A stretch of 64,000 nucleotides of DNA from an uncultured Chloroflexia bacterium. Its GTDB lineage: Bacteria > Chloroflexota > Dehalococcoidia > UBA2979. The notes below the pieces were generated by a model that ran no database searches, was not told the origin of the DNA, and saw only the letters and a program-made list of their open reading frames with translations. A program made the translations under genes and the position numbers. This document shows positions 22,502 through 32,200 of the stretch, piece after piece. The DNA lies in assembly GCA_963728205.1 (NCBI GenBank), contig CAVSIV010000006.1:1760001-1824000 (forward strand), given 5' to 3'. Numbering within the stretch: the stretch's first letter is position 1; the number at the start of each line of letters is the position of its first letter.

Positions 22502-23528
22502 ATCAGCACCATCACTGATGTGGCGCGGGTGGCCGGGGTATCGGTTGCCACGGTCTCCCGCGCCCTCAGGGGACTCGACCGGGTCTCCCCGGAGACGCGC
22601 GAGCGGGTCCTGCGGGTCGCGGAGGACCTGCACTACGTCGCCTCACCCACGGCCACGTCCCTCGCCTCGGGACGCACGCGGGTGGTCGCGGTCGTGGCGC
22701 CGTTCCTCACGCGGTGGTTCTTCGCGACCCTCGTCAGCGCCATCCAGAAGACCCTGCGCGCTCACGGACACCACGTCATGCTCTTCGACCTCGAGGACGA
22801 CGACTTCGACCAGCGACTCCCCCTGTCCCAGAACATGCTCTGGAAACGGGTCGACGGCGTCATCACCCTCAACATCCCGATGACTCCCGACGAGGTCGCC
22901 CTGGTGGAGCGTCTCGACCTGCCCCTGGTCGCGATCGGCACACCGGTCCAGGGTCGCGCCTGCGTGCGGATCGACGACGGGCAGGCAACGCGCACCGCCA
23001 TGGACCACCTCATCGGGCTGGGACACGAACGGATCGGCTACGTCGGCGCGGTTCCGGCGAACGCCGCGCACATCCGGACCCCACAGAGCCGGCTCGCCGC
23101 ATTCCGGTCGTCGCTGCGCGATGCAGGGCTGCCGTACCGCGACGACTGGGTGATCGCGTCGGACTGGACGGCGGATTCCGCGGCTCGCGACAGCAGGGCG
23201 CTGCTCGGCCTCGACAACGGTCCGACCGCAGTCCTGGCCGCCTCCGACGAGATGGCCATCGGGGTCCGCGAGTCGCGCCCGGAGCATGGGGATCGACGTG
23301 CCCGGCGACCTCTCGGTGATCGGCATCGACGACTACGTGCTCTCCGCCGTCCTCGGGCTGACCACGGTGAGGCAGGACGTGGCCGGTCAGGGGCACCTGG
23401 CGGCCGAGCTGCTGCTGCGCGCCCTCGTCGACGGCGAGCAGTGCTCGGACCAGGTGATCGTCCCGACCGAGCTGGTGGTCCGGGAGTCGACCGGTCCCGC
23501 GCCGGCGCTGGCCGCGTTGACGCAGTGA
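22502..23528 (+). CDS. LacI family transcriptional regulator (start uncertain; frameshift near 23275)
   Basis: TITDVARVAGVSVATVSRAL HTH; LGHERIGY; ASDEMAIG; VPGDLSVIGIDD; LVVREST. Confidence 0.9.
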
Positions 23529-23540
23529 GCCGGGCAGGGC

Positions 23541-25669
23541 TCAGGCGTCGATCCGCTCCCGGTCCAGCGCGTTCGCCGAGGAGATGATGAAGTCCTTGCG
23601 GGGACCGACGTCGCCTCCCATGAGCAGCTCGAACACGGTCGCGGCCGAGTCGAGGTCGGCAGCGGTGACCTTGCGCAGCGTGCGGTGTCGCGGATCCATC
23701 GTCGTCTCGGCCAGCTGGTCGGCATCCATCTCCCCGAGGCCCTTGTAGCGCTGCAGGGGCTTGGTCTTGCGGCCCCGCTTGGCCAGCGCGGCCATCGTGC
23801 GACGCATCTCGGTCTCGGAGTAGGTGTAGAGGACCTCGTTCGGCCTTGCTCCCGGCATTGACCACCTCGATCCGGTGCAGCGGCGGCACGGCGGCGTAGA
23901 CCCGCCCGGCCTCGACGAGCGGTCGCATGTAGCGGAAGAACAGGGTCAGCAGCAGGGTGCGGATGTGGGCTCCGTCGACATCGGCGTCGGTCATGATGAT
24001 GACCTTGCCGTAGCGCGCCGCATCGAGGTCGAAGCTGCGCCCCGACCCCGCGCCGATGACCTGGATGATCGCGGCGCACTCGGCGTTGCCGAGCATGTCG
24101 GTCACCGACGCCTTCTGCACGTTGAGGATCTTGCCGCGGATCGGCAGGAGTGCCTGGTGGTCGCTGCTGCGCGCCAGCTTGGCGGTGCCCAGGGCGCTGT
24201 CGCCCTCGACGATGAACAGTTCGGTGCGCTCGACGTCGTTGCTGCGGCAGTCGGCCAGCTTGGCCGGGAGCGAGGAGGACTCCAGCGCGGTCTTGCGGCG
24301 CTGCGTCTCCTTGTGCATCCGCGCGCTGATCCGCGACTTCATCTCCGCGGTGACCTTCTCGAGCAGCACCGCCGCCTGCTGCTTCTCCCCGCGCCTGGTC
24401 GAGGAGAGCCGCGCCGTGAGCTCCTTCTCCACCACCCGGGCCACGATCGCGCGGACGGCCGAGGTGCCGAGCACCTCCTTGGTCTGCCCCTCGAACTGCG
24501 GCTCCGCCAGGCGAACGGTGACGACGGCCGTGAGGCCGGCCATCGCGTCGTCCTTCTCCAACTTGTCGTTGCCGACCTTGAGGCGACGTGCGTTGGCCTC
24601 GAGCTGCTTCCTCAGCACCTTGAGCAGGGCCTGGTCGAAGCCGGCCAGGTGGGTGCCGCCCTTGGGGGTGGCGATGATGTTGACGAACGAGGACACCGTG
24701 GTGTCGTAGCCGGTGCCCCACCGCACCGCGACGTCGACACCGCACTCACGCTCGACCTCGGTGGGGGTCATGTGCCCGCGGCTGTCGAGGACGGGGACCG
24801 TCTCGGTGAAGGTGCCCGAGCCCTGGAGCCGCCACACGTCGGTCACGGGGGGGTCGGGCGCCAGGAACTCACAGAACTCCGAGATGCCGCCGTCGTGGAG
24901 GAAGGTCTCCTCCACCGGGTCGGGCGCCCCGCTCGTCGCGGATGACGATGGTCAGTCCGGGGACGAGGAACGAGGTCTGCCGGGCCCGGCCGAGCAGACC
25001 CTCGAGGTCGAAACCGGCGTCCTTGAGGAAGATCTGCCGGTCGGCCCAGTAGCGCACCCGGGTGCCTGTGACGCCACGGCGGGTCTTCCCCACGACGACG
25101 AGCTCGCTGTTGTCGGTGTAGGCCGTGAACTCGTGCTCCGGGTCCTTCCTCCCCTGCGCGCCCGCGACGTCGGAGAACACGCCCGGCTCGCCGCGCCGGA
25201 AGCTCATCGCCCAGGTCTTGCCACCCCGGTCGACCTCGACGTCGAGGCGGGAGGACAGCGCGTTGACCACGGAGGCGCCGACGCCGTGCAGGCCGCCGGA
25301 TGCCGTGTAGGACCCGCCCCCGAACTTCCCGCCCGCGTGCAGCCGGGTGTAGACGAGCTCGACCCCCGTGAGGCCGGTGCGCGGCTCGATGTCGACCGGA
25401 ACCCCGCGCCCGTTGTCGCGGACCTCGACCGAGCCGTCATCCTGGAGGATGACCTCGATGTGGTCGCAGTGACCCCCCAGGGCCTCGTCGACGGAGTTGT
25501 CGATGATCTCCCACAGGCAGTGCATGACACCCCGGGAGTCCGTGGACCCGATGTACATGCCCGGCCGCTTGCGGACCGCCTCGAGCCCCTCGAGGACCTG
25601 GAGGTGGTGCGCGGTGTAGTCGGTCGCGGACTTGCTGGTCGCGGTCTTCCGGGCGGTGGGACTGGGCAC
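23541..25669 (-). CDS. parE: DNA topoisomerase IV subunit B (GyrB/ParE family); frameshifts near 24915 and 23845
   Basis: LEGLEAVRKRPGMYIG, EIIDNSVDE, SGGLHGVG, VEGDSA, PIRGKILN, DADVDGAHI, QRYKGLGEM. Confidence 0.9.
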
Positions 25670-25906
25670 ATCCGGCAGCGTATCCGGCGGCTGCGACGGC
25701 TCCGCGCAGGCGCACCGCACGCGCTCACGCCACCAGGTGGTCCCGACCCGGCCCAGGTCACGATCCGGACATGACCGGGACCACAAGGGTGAACAGTGCA
25801 CGGCGGGAAGCATCTGCCGTGATTGACTGTTGCTATCAACCGCTGCCCGATCCGGGCCGCACCCCGTATGACGTGCTTGAACCTTGAGCGAGCCGAGGAG
25901 GCCGAC

Positions 25907-26122
25907 GTGAACGCCGCACTGGCACCCGCCCTGACCGCCACGGACCGATGCGACCGATGCAGCGCGCAGGCCTACGTCCGCGCGACGCTGCACGCCGGTG
26001 GCGAGCTGTTCTTCTGTGCCCACCACGGGCGGGAGCACACCCCCGCACTGGTCGGCCTGGCCGAGATCCACGACGAGAGCGAGCGACTCATGGAGTCGAC
26101 GTCGGCCGGAGACCACGGCTGA
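25907..26122 (+). CDS. Small Zn-ribbon-like protein (DUF7455-like)
   Basis: LTATDRCDRCSAQAYV...GELFFCAHH; conserved actinobacterial gene divergent from parE; GAGGAGG RBS. Confidence 0.8.
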   Translation: MNAALAPALTATDRCDRCSAQAYVRATLHAGGELFFCAHHGREHTPALVGLAEIHDESERLMESTSAGDHG

Positions 26123-26123
26123 G

Positions 26124-26618
26124 GTGGATGCCCTCGCCGACGACGTCGGCGTGATCGTTCCGACCCTGCTCGTCCTCGTCGGGCTCATCGGCATCGTCGT
26201 GCCGGTGCTCCCGGGTCTCCTGCTCGTCCTGGGCGGGGTCCTGCTCTGGGCGGGAATGGATGGGTCCGCCACGGCGTGGACCATCTTCGCGATCAGCGTG
26301 CTCCTCGCTGCGGCCGGTTTCGCGCTGCAGTACCTCGTCCCCGGCAGGCGGATGCGTCAGGCAGGGGTCTCCAACTCCACCCTCGTCCTCGCGGTGGTCA
26401 TCGCGATCATCGGCTTCTTCGTCATCCCCGTGGTCGGGGCGATCATCGGGTTCGTCCTGGGGATCTACGTCGTGGAGCTCGGCCGGAGCAAGGACCGGTC
26501 CCATGCCTGGGTGCGCACCAAGCACGCCCTGATCGCGGTCCTGCAGAGCGTCGGGATCGAGCTGCTCGCCGGGCTCGGGATCGCCGGCGTCTACGTCGTC
26601 GGGCTCACCGTCACCTGA
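26124..26618 (+). CDS. DUF456 family membrane protein
   Basis: GLIGIVVPVLPG, GFFVIPVVG...GFVLGIY, SVGIEL. Confidence 0.8.
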   Translation: MDALADDVGVIVPTLLVLVGLIGIVVPVLPGLLLVLGGVLLWAGMDGSATAWTIFAISVLLAAAGFALQYLVPGRRMRQAGVSNSTLVLAVVIAIIGFFVIPVVGAIIGFVLGIYVVELGRSKDRSHAWVRTKHALIAVLQSVGIELLAGLGIAGVYVVGLTVT

Positions 26619-26727
26619 GCGGCACCTGCCGGGCGAGGACGGCGAACTCCCCCGCCCCGTGCGGCGGTCGGCGAACGGGCCGGTCGATTCTCGCCTGTCT
26701 AACCTCGGTGTCCACCTCGTGGGACGG

Positions 26728-27115
26728 TCACATGTTCTGGCGGCGGTCCCAGCGCTCGTCGAGGCGCTCCATGAAGGAGGGCTTGCCCCGCTTCTTGCCC
26801 CCCTTGGCCCCCTGGCGCGGGAGCGCCGTCGGACCCGACCGCCGCGAGGTGGCCCTTGCGCGGTGGGGTCACCGCGAACACTGCAGCCGCCACCATGACG
26901 GCGAAGCCGACGGCCCCGACCCACATCGTCGTGTTGACCCCGACGAGCACGAGGCCCAGCCCGGCGAGCACCCCGACGGCGCCCACGACCCAGCGTCGTC
27001 GCTGCAGCGAAGCCAGCGTGCTGCCCTGCATCTGCGAGGCGAACTTCGGGTCTTCGGCAGCGAGCGCCTGCTCCATCTGCTCGAGCATCTTCTGCTCATG
27101 GTCTGAGAGGGGCAC
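26728..27115 (-). CDS. DUF3040 family membrane protein (frameshift near 26820)
   Basis: PLSDHEQKMLEQMEQALAAEDPKFA, two TM helices, C-terminal FMERLDERWDRR. Confidence 0.85.
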
Positions 27116-27170
27116 GGATCCTCCCGTGGTCGGCCCGGCGCCGGATGGACGCCATGTTGTCCCTGAGCCT

Positions 27171-28428
27171 TCAGGATATGTCGCGATCGGGTCGGGCGGT
27201 AGTCGATGTGTCACGTGAGATGAGACTCGCCGGTCGAACCGACCCCGACCCGAACCGTGCCCTGGCCCTGTCGACCGCCTTGTCGGCGTCGCGCCACCCG
27301 TGTTCCGGCTCCCCGATGACTCCCTGGATCGGGGCGACGCGTGCCTCGACGAGCTTGTCGAGGCGCACCCCGACGAGGCGGATCCGGGCGCGCTGGAGCC
27401 CCAGCGCGTCGAAGAGCCCCACCGCCGCCTCGTGGATGGCGCGGCCGCTGTCGGTCGGCTCCCTCAGGGTCCGTGACCGCGTGATCGTCGTGAAGTCGCT
27501 GAACCGCACCCGCAGCGTCACCGTGCGACCCGTGAGCCCGGCGGCGCGCATCCTCGCGGCGGTGCGTTCACTCAGGGCCAGGAGGCGCCGGTGGATCTCC
27601 TGCGGCGTCGTCGATGTCGAACTCGAACGTCTCGTCGCTCCCGATGCTCTTCTCGCGGTGCTCACGCTCGACCGGTCGCGGGTCGCGGCCCCAGGACAGG
27701 TCGTGCAGATGAGTTCCGGTGGCATCTCCGAGAGCTCGGACCAGCGTCGTGACGGGAGTGTGGGCGATGTCGGCGACGGTGCGCAGCCCGAGCCGGACCA
27801 GCGCCTCCTCGGTGCGCTCCCCCACTCCCCAGAGGGCACCGACCGGCAGCTGCTGCACGAAGGGGACGACCTCGTCGCGGGGGACGACGACCATCCCGTC
27901 GGGCTTGGCGAGGCCGGAGGCCAGCTTGGCGACGAACTTCGTCGAGGCCACCCCGACCGAGCAGGTGATGCCCTGCTCGTCGTGGACGGTGTCCCGGATC
28001 TGTTGCCCGATGACCGCGGGAGGGCCGAGCCGACGGACGGCGCCGGAGACGTCGAGGAAGGCCTCGTCGAGCGAGAGCGGCTCGATGACCGGCGTCACGG
28101 CACGGAAGGTCTCCATGACGGCGGCGGAGATCGCGGCATACAGCCGGTGCTCGGGAGGCAGCACCGTCGCCTGAGGACACAGCCGGCGTGCCCGTGCCAT
28201 CGGCATGGCAGAGGTCACCCCGAAGCGCCGGGCCTCGTAGGTCGCCGAGAGCACGACTCCCCGGTTGCCGCCCCCGATGATGACCGGCGTGCCGACGAGG
28301 TCAGGGTGCGAGAGCAGCGTGGCGTTGGCGTAGAAGGCGTCCATGTCGACGTGCAGCACCGTGCAGCCGGTGTCGTCCGGAGGGTCGGTGGCGGCCCTCT
28401 CCGGGAGGGCGAACTGACGGCGACTCAT
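27171..28428 (-). CDS. dinB: DNA polymerase IV (frameshift near 27600)
   Basis: LHVDMDAFYA, SATYEARRFGV, catalytic PLSLDEAFLD, KLASGLAKPDG, ALWGVG, little finger VRFSDFTTITRSRT. Confidence 0.93.
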
Positions 28429-28443
28429 CGTCGGGGCGGAGGG

Positions 28444-29226
28444 TCAGCCCCGGGTCGCGAGGACGTGGCGCACACTGCCCAGCGCTCCGAGGAGCGGGTG
28501 ATCGGGGTGCCGGCTCGCGAGGTCCTCGAGCTCGAGGAGGGCGACCCGGTCGGCCTCGGAGTCGACGAGCGCGGAGGGCACGAGGTCGCTGAAGATCCGC
28601 GCTCCGTGGCTGTCGAACGGCTGGAGTCCGTGGGCCGCGAGCAGGTCGAGGATGGTCGCCTCGTCGAACCGCCGCGGCGCGGGGTCGTCCTCGCCCCACC
28701 GGCCGTCGGGCCGGGTGAGGACGGCGCTGGCCCGCTCGAACTGGCCGGCCAGCGCACGGGCCAGGGCGGCGTGCAGCCGCTGTGCGACGACGAGGGAGAG
28801 GGTTCCCCCCGGTGCCAGGACGTCGGCCACCCCCGCCAGCGCGGCATCGGGGTCGTCGACGACCTCCAACGTGCCGTGCAGGCAGACGATGTCGTATGCC
28901 GGTGGGCTGTCGCCGCCGAGGTCGCGCACCGAGTCGGTGTCGCCCTGGACGGCATGGACCCGGTCCTCGACGCCTCGCTCGGCGGCCCGCCGGCGAAGGG
29001 AGGCGAGGGCGTCCGGGCTCGGGTCGACGACGGTGACGTCGTGTCCGGCCTCGGCGAGCGGGACGGCGATGCCTCCGGTGCCACCCCCGAGGTCGAGGAC
29101 GAGCAGCGCCCGCCCCAACCGGGTGCTCCGGTCCAGGGCGAGCTCCTCGAGAGCCGCCCACACCGCGGCGGTGCGCAACCCGGCAGGGGGTCCCGGCGTG
29201 CGGGTGCGACCTCGCTCGTCGGCCAC
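28444..29226 (-). CDS. Class I SAM-dependent methyltransferase
   Basis: VLDLGGGTG, VVDPSPDALA, CLHGTLEVVD; usual dinB neighbour in actinobacteria. Confidence 0.85.
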   Translation of the reverse strand: MADERGRTRTPGPPAGLRTAAVWAALEELALDRSTRLGRALLVLDLGGGTGGIAVPLAEAGHDVTVVDPSPDALASLRRRAAERGVEDRVHAVQGDTDSVRDLGGDSPPAYDIVCLHGTLEVVDDPDAALAGVADVLAPGGTLSLVVAQRLHAALARALAGQFERASAVLTRPDGRWGEDDPAPRRFDEATILDLLAAHGLQPFDSHGARIFSDLVPSALVDSEADRVALLELEDLASRHPDHPLLGALGSVRHVLATRG

Positions 29227-29268
29227 GGCTGCTCCTGGGAAGGTCGGGAAGGTGCTGTCAGAGCCACC

Positions 29269-32200
29269 CTAGTGTCCTGAGCTGCCCGGGCTGGCGTGCC
29301 ACAGCTTGCGTGACGGCATGGCGGGGGCGGAGGTGCTCGCCGCCCCGTCGAGACCCGGTGCACCCCTGCCGGAGCGGGGATCGGCGCCCGGTGGCCGGGT
29401 GTCGGCATAGGGGGACTGTCGAAAGCCCGAGGCGTGCACGAGCACCCGGCGGCCGGTGCGCTGGTCCCGCTCTCGCGCCGCCTCCGCGGTGGCCTCCGCG
29501 CGGGCCCGGGCGTCCTCCTCCCCGGCCTCGACCGCCGCCCACACCCCGGCCGCGCCCCCGGTCTGCCACGCGTCCCAGAGCGAGGCGAGCTCCCAGGCGC
29601 CGGTTGCCCGGATCGACACCCCGCGGTCACCGGTGCGGCGCACGACACCACGGACGAGGAGGAGCCAGGAGTGGAACACCACCCCGGCGTAGGGCCCCTG
29701 GACGTCTTCGAAGAAGGTGCAGTCCGAGGGTCCGGTGCCGTCGTCGAGGGTGAGGAAGACGACCCGTCGGCCCGAGCGCACCGGCGGGGTCTGGGTGGCC
29801 ACCTTGACCCCCGCGACCCACACCTCGCTGCGGCTGCGGGATGTGAGCAGGTCACGGCTGCGGGTCACCCCCAGGGCACGCAGCATCGGCTCGTAGAACT
29901 CCACGACGTGTGCGGAGACGTCGAGCCCGAGCACGTCGAGCTCGGCACGCACCCGCTCCGGGCCGGTCATCTCCGGCAGGCCGGTGCCGGAGGTGAGCCG
30001 TGGCCGGTCGCCGAGGTCGAGGGTGAGCTGCACCTGCTGGTCGCGGGCGGGGACGACCTCGCGGGCCGCCTGCGACTGGGCCGCGGCCCGCTCGCGGACG
30101 TCGACCGGCGAGCTCCCGACCTCGCGCTGCGGGGAGATGCTCGGGACGGCGAGGCGCCGGCTGCTGCGCGCCGGGCCTGCTCCCCCACGCTCCCAGCGCT
30201 CGAGCTCGGCGACGTGCAGCAGGAGGTCGCGGCGGGTGACCCGGCCCCGGCGCCCCAGCCCGGAGGACCCGCCCATCGCGTGCAGCGCGTCGAACGCACC
30301 GGCGAGGACGAGCCGCTCGGTCACCGGTCGGCTCACCCGGGCCCGGGTCCAGAAGTCACCGAGGTCGGCGTAGGGCTGGCCCGCGACGATGCGCGCGACC
30401 TCGGCGGCACTGATCCCCTTGACGTCGGCGAGGGACAGCCGGATGCCGTAGGGCTGGTGGGGGCGCCGCCATCCCGGCACCTCACCCGTCGAGTGAACAG
30501 AACACGCCGCCTCGAGCGGCCCGGACGCGGCGTGTTCTGTTCTCTCGACGGGGTCGGCGGGGTCAGCGGGGTCAGCAGGACCGTCGACGGGCTCGACACG
30601 GTAGGTGTCACCGGAGGCGTTGACGTCCAGGCCCAGGACGGGGATCCCGAAGGACCGGACGTCGTCGAGGATGAGCCGCTTGGGGTACATCCCCGGGTCG
30701 TGGGTGAGGACGCCGGCGAGAAAGGCCGCGGGGTGGTGGGTCTTGAGCCATGCCGAGTGGAACGTCGGGAGGGCGAACGCCGCGGCGTGGGCCTTGCAGA
30801 AGCCGAACGACGCGAAGGAGCGCAGGACCTCCCAGATCGCGTCGCGGTCCCCGGCGGAGTAGCCACGCGCCTTCGCGGCCGGTCGCCACCACGCCTCGAC
30901 CTGCTCCTGCCCCGCGGGGGTGCCCATGGTGCGGCGCACCTCGTCGGCCTGGGCCAGGCTCACCCCGGTCGTCTCGGCGACGATGAGGAGGACCTGCTCG
31001 TGGAAGACGACGACGCCCTCGGTCTCCTCCAGCGCCGGGACCAGGCTCGGGTGCAGGAAGCGCCGCTCGCTCCACCCGTGGCGGCTGTTGAGGAACGGGG
31101 TGATCATGTCGGACTTCACGGGCCCGGGCCGGAAGAGCGAGATGTCGACGATGAGGTCGTCGAACGCGGCGGGGCCGAGCTTGCCCACGAGCTCGCGCTG
31201 ACCGGGGCTCTCGATCTGGAACATCCCCAGGGTGCGGGTCGTGCGAATCAGCTCGTAGGTCGCGGCGTCGTCCCGGGGCACCTGGGCCTCGTCGTCGAGG
31301 TCGACCCGCTCCCCGGTCACCCGCTCGACCTCGGCGACGGCATGGGCCATCGCCGACTGCATCCGGATGCCGAGGACGTCGAGCTTGAGGAAGCCGAGGG
31401 TCTCGACGTCGTCCTTGTCGAACTGGCTCATCGGGAACCCCATCCAGCTCGCCTCCACGGGGGTGCGGTCGAGCAGGCCGGAGTTGGACAGCACGATCCC
31501 GCAGGGGTGCAGGGCGATGTGCCGGGGCAGCCCGTCGAGGGCCTCGACGAGGTCGAAGAAGGCCGCGAGCCGGGGGCTGTCGAGGCCACGGCTGCGCAGC
31601 TCGGGAAGGTCGGCGATGGCGTGCCGGGCGTCCTTGGCCCGGATGTGCGGGAACGCCTTGGCGATCTCGTCGATCTCCACCGGTGGCAGTCCCAGCGCGG
31701 CACCGACGTCGCGGACGGCGTGCCGCACCTTGTAGGTGTCCATCATCGACACGCAGGTGACCCGGTCGCCGCCGAAGCGCTCGAGCACCGCCTCGTAGAT
31801 CTCGGTGCGGCGGGCGGACTCGACGTCGACGTCGATGTCGGGGAGCTCGGCCCGCAGCGGGGAGCAGAACCGCTCCATGAGCAGCCGGTGCCGGATCGGG
31901 TCCACCCCGCTGATGCCCAGGAGGTGGTTGACCAGGCTGCCGGCCCCCGATCCGCGGGCCGCGACCCGCACTCCGCGGGCCCGGATCAGGTCGGTGACCT
32001 CGGCGACGGTGAGGAAGTAGGTGGGGTAGCCCAGGGCCCGCACGACGGCGAGCTCCTCGTCGAGCCGGTCCAGGACGACCTGGTGCTCGGACTCCCGGGC
32101 CGCGGGGTAGCGCCACCCGACCGCGGCTCGACAGCGCTGCGCGAGGACCACCATCGGGTCCTCGTCCGGGGCGATGCCGAGGATCTCGGCCTCCGGGAGG

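Noticed and set aside
16224-25669. Separated, convergent topoisomerase A and B genes as a novelty
   Set aside because: Non-adjacent, opposed parC/parE is already known in actinobacteria such as Streptomyces
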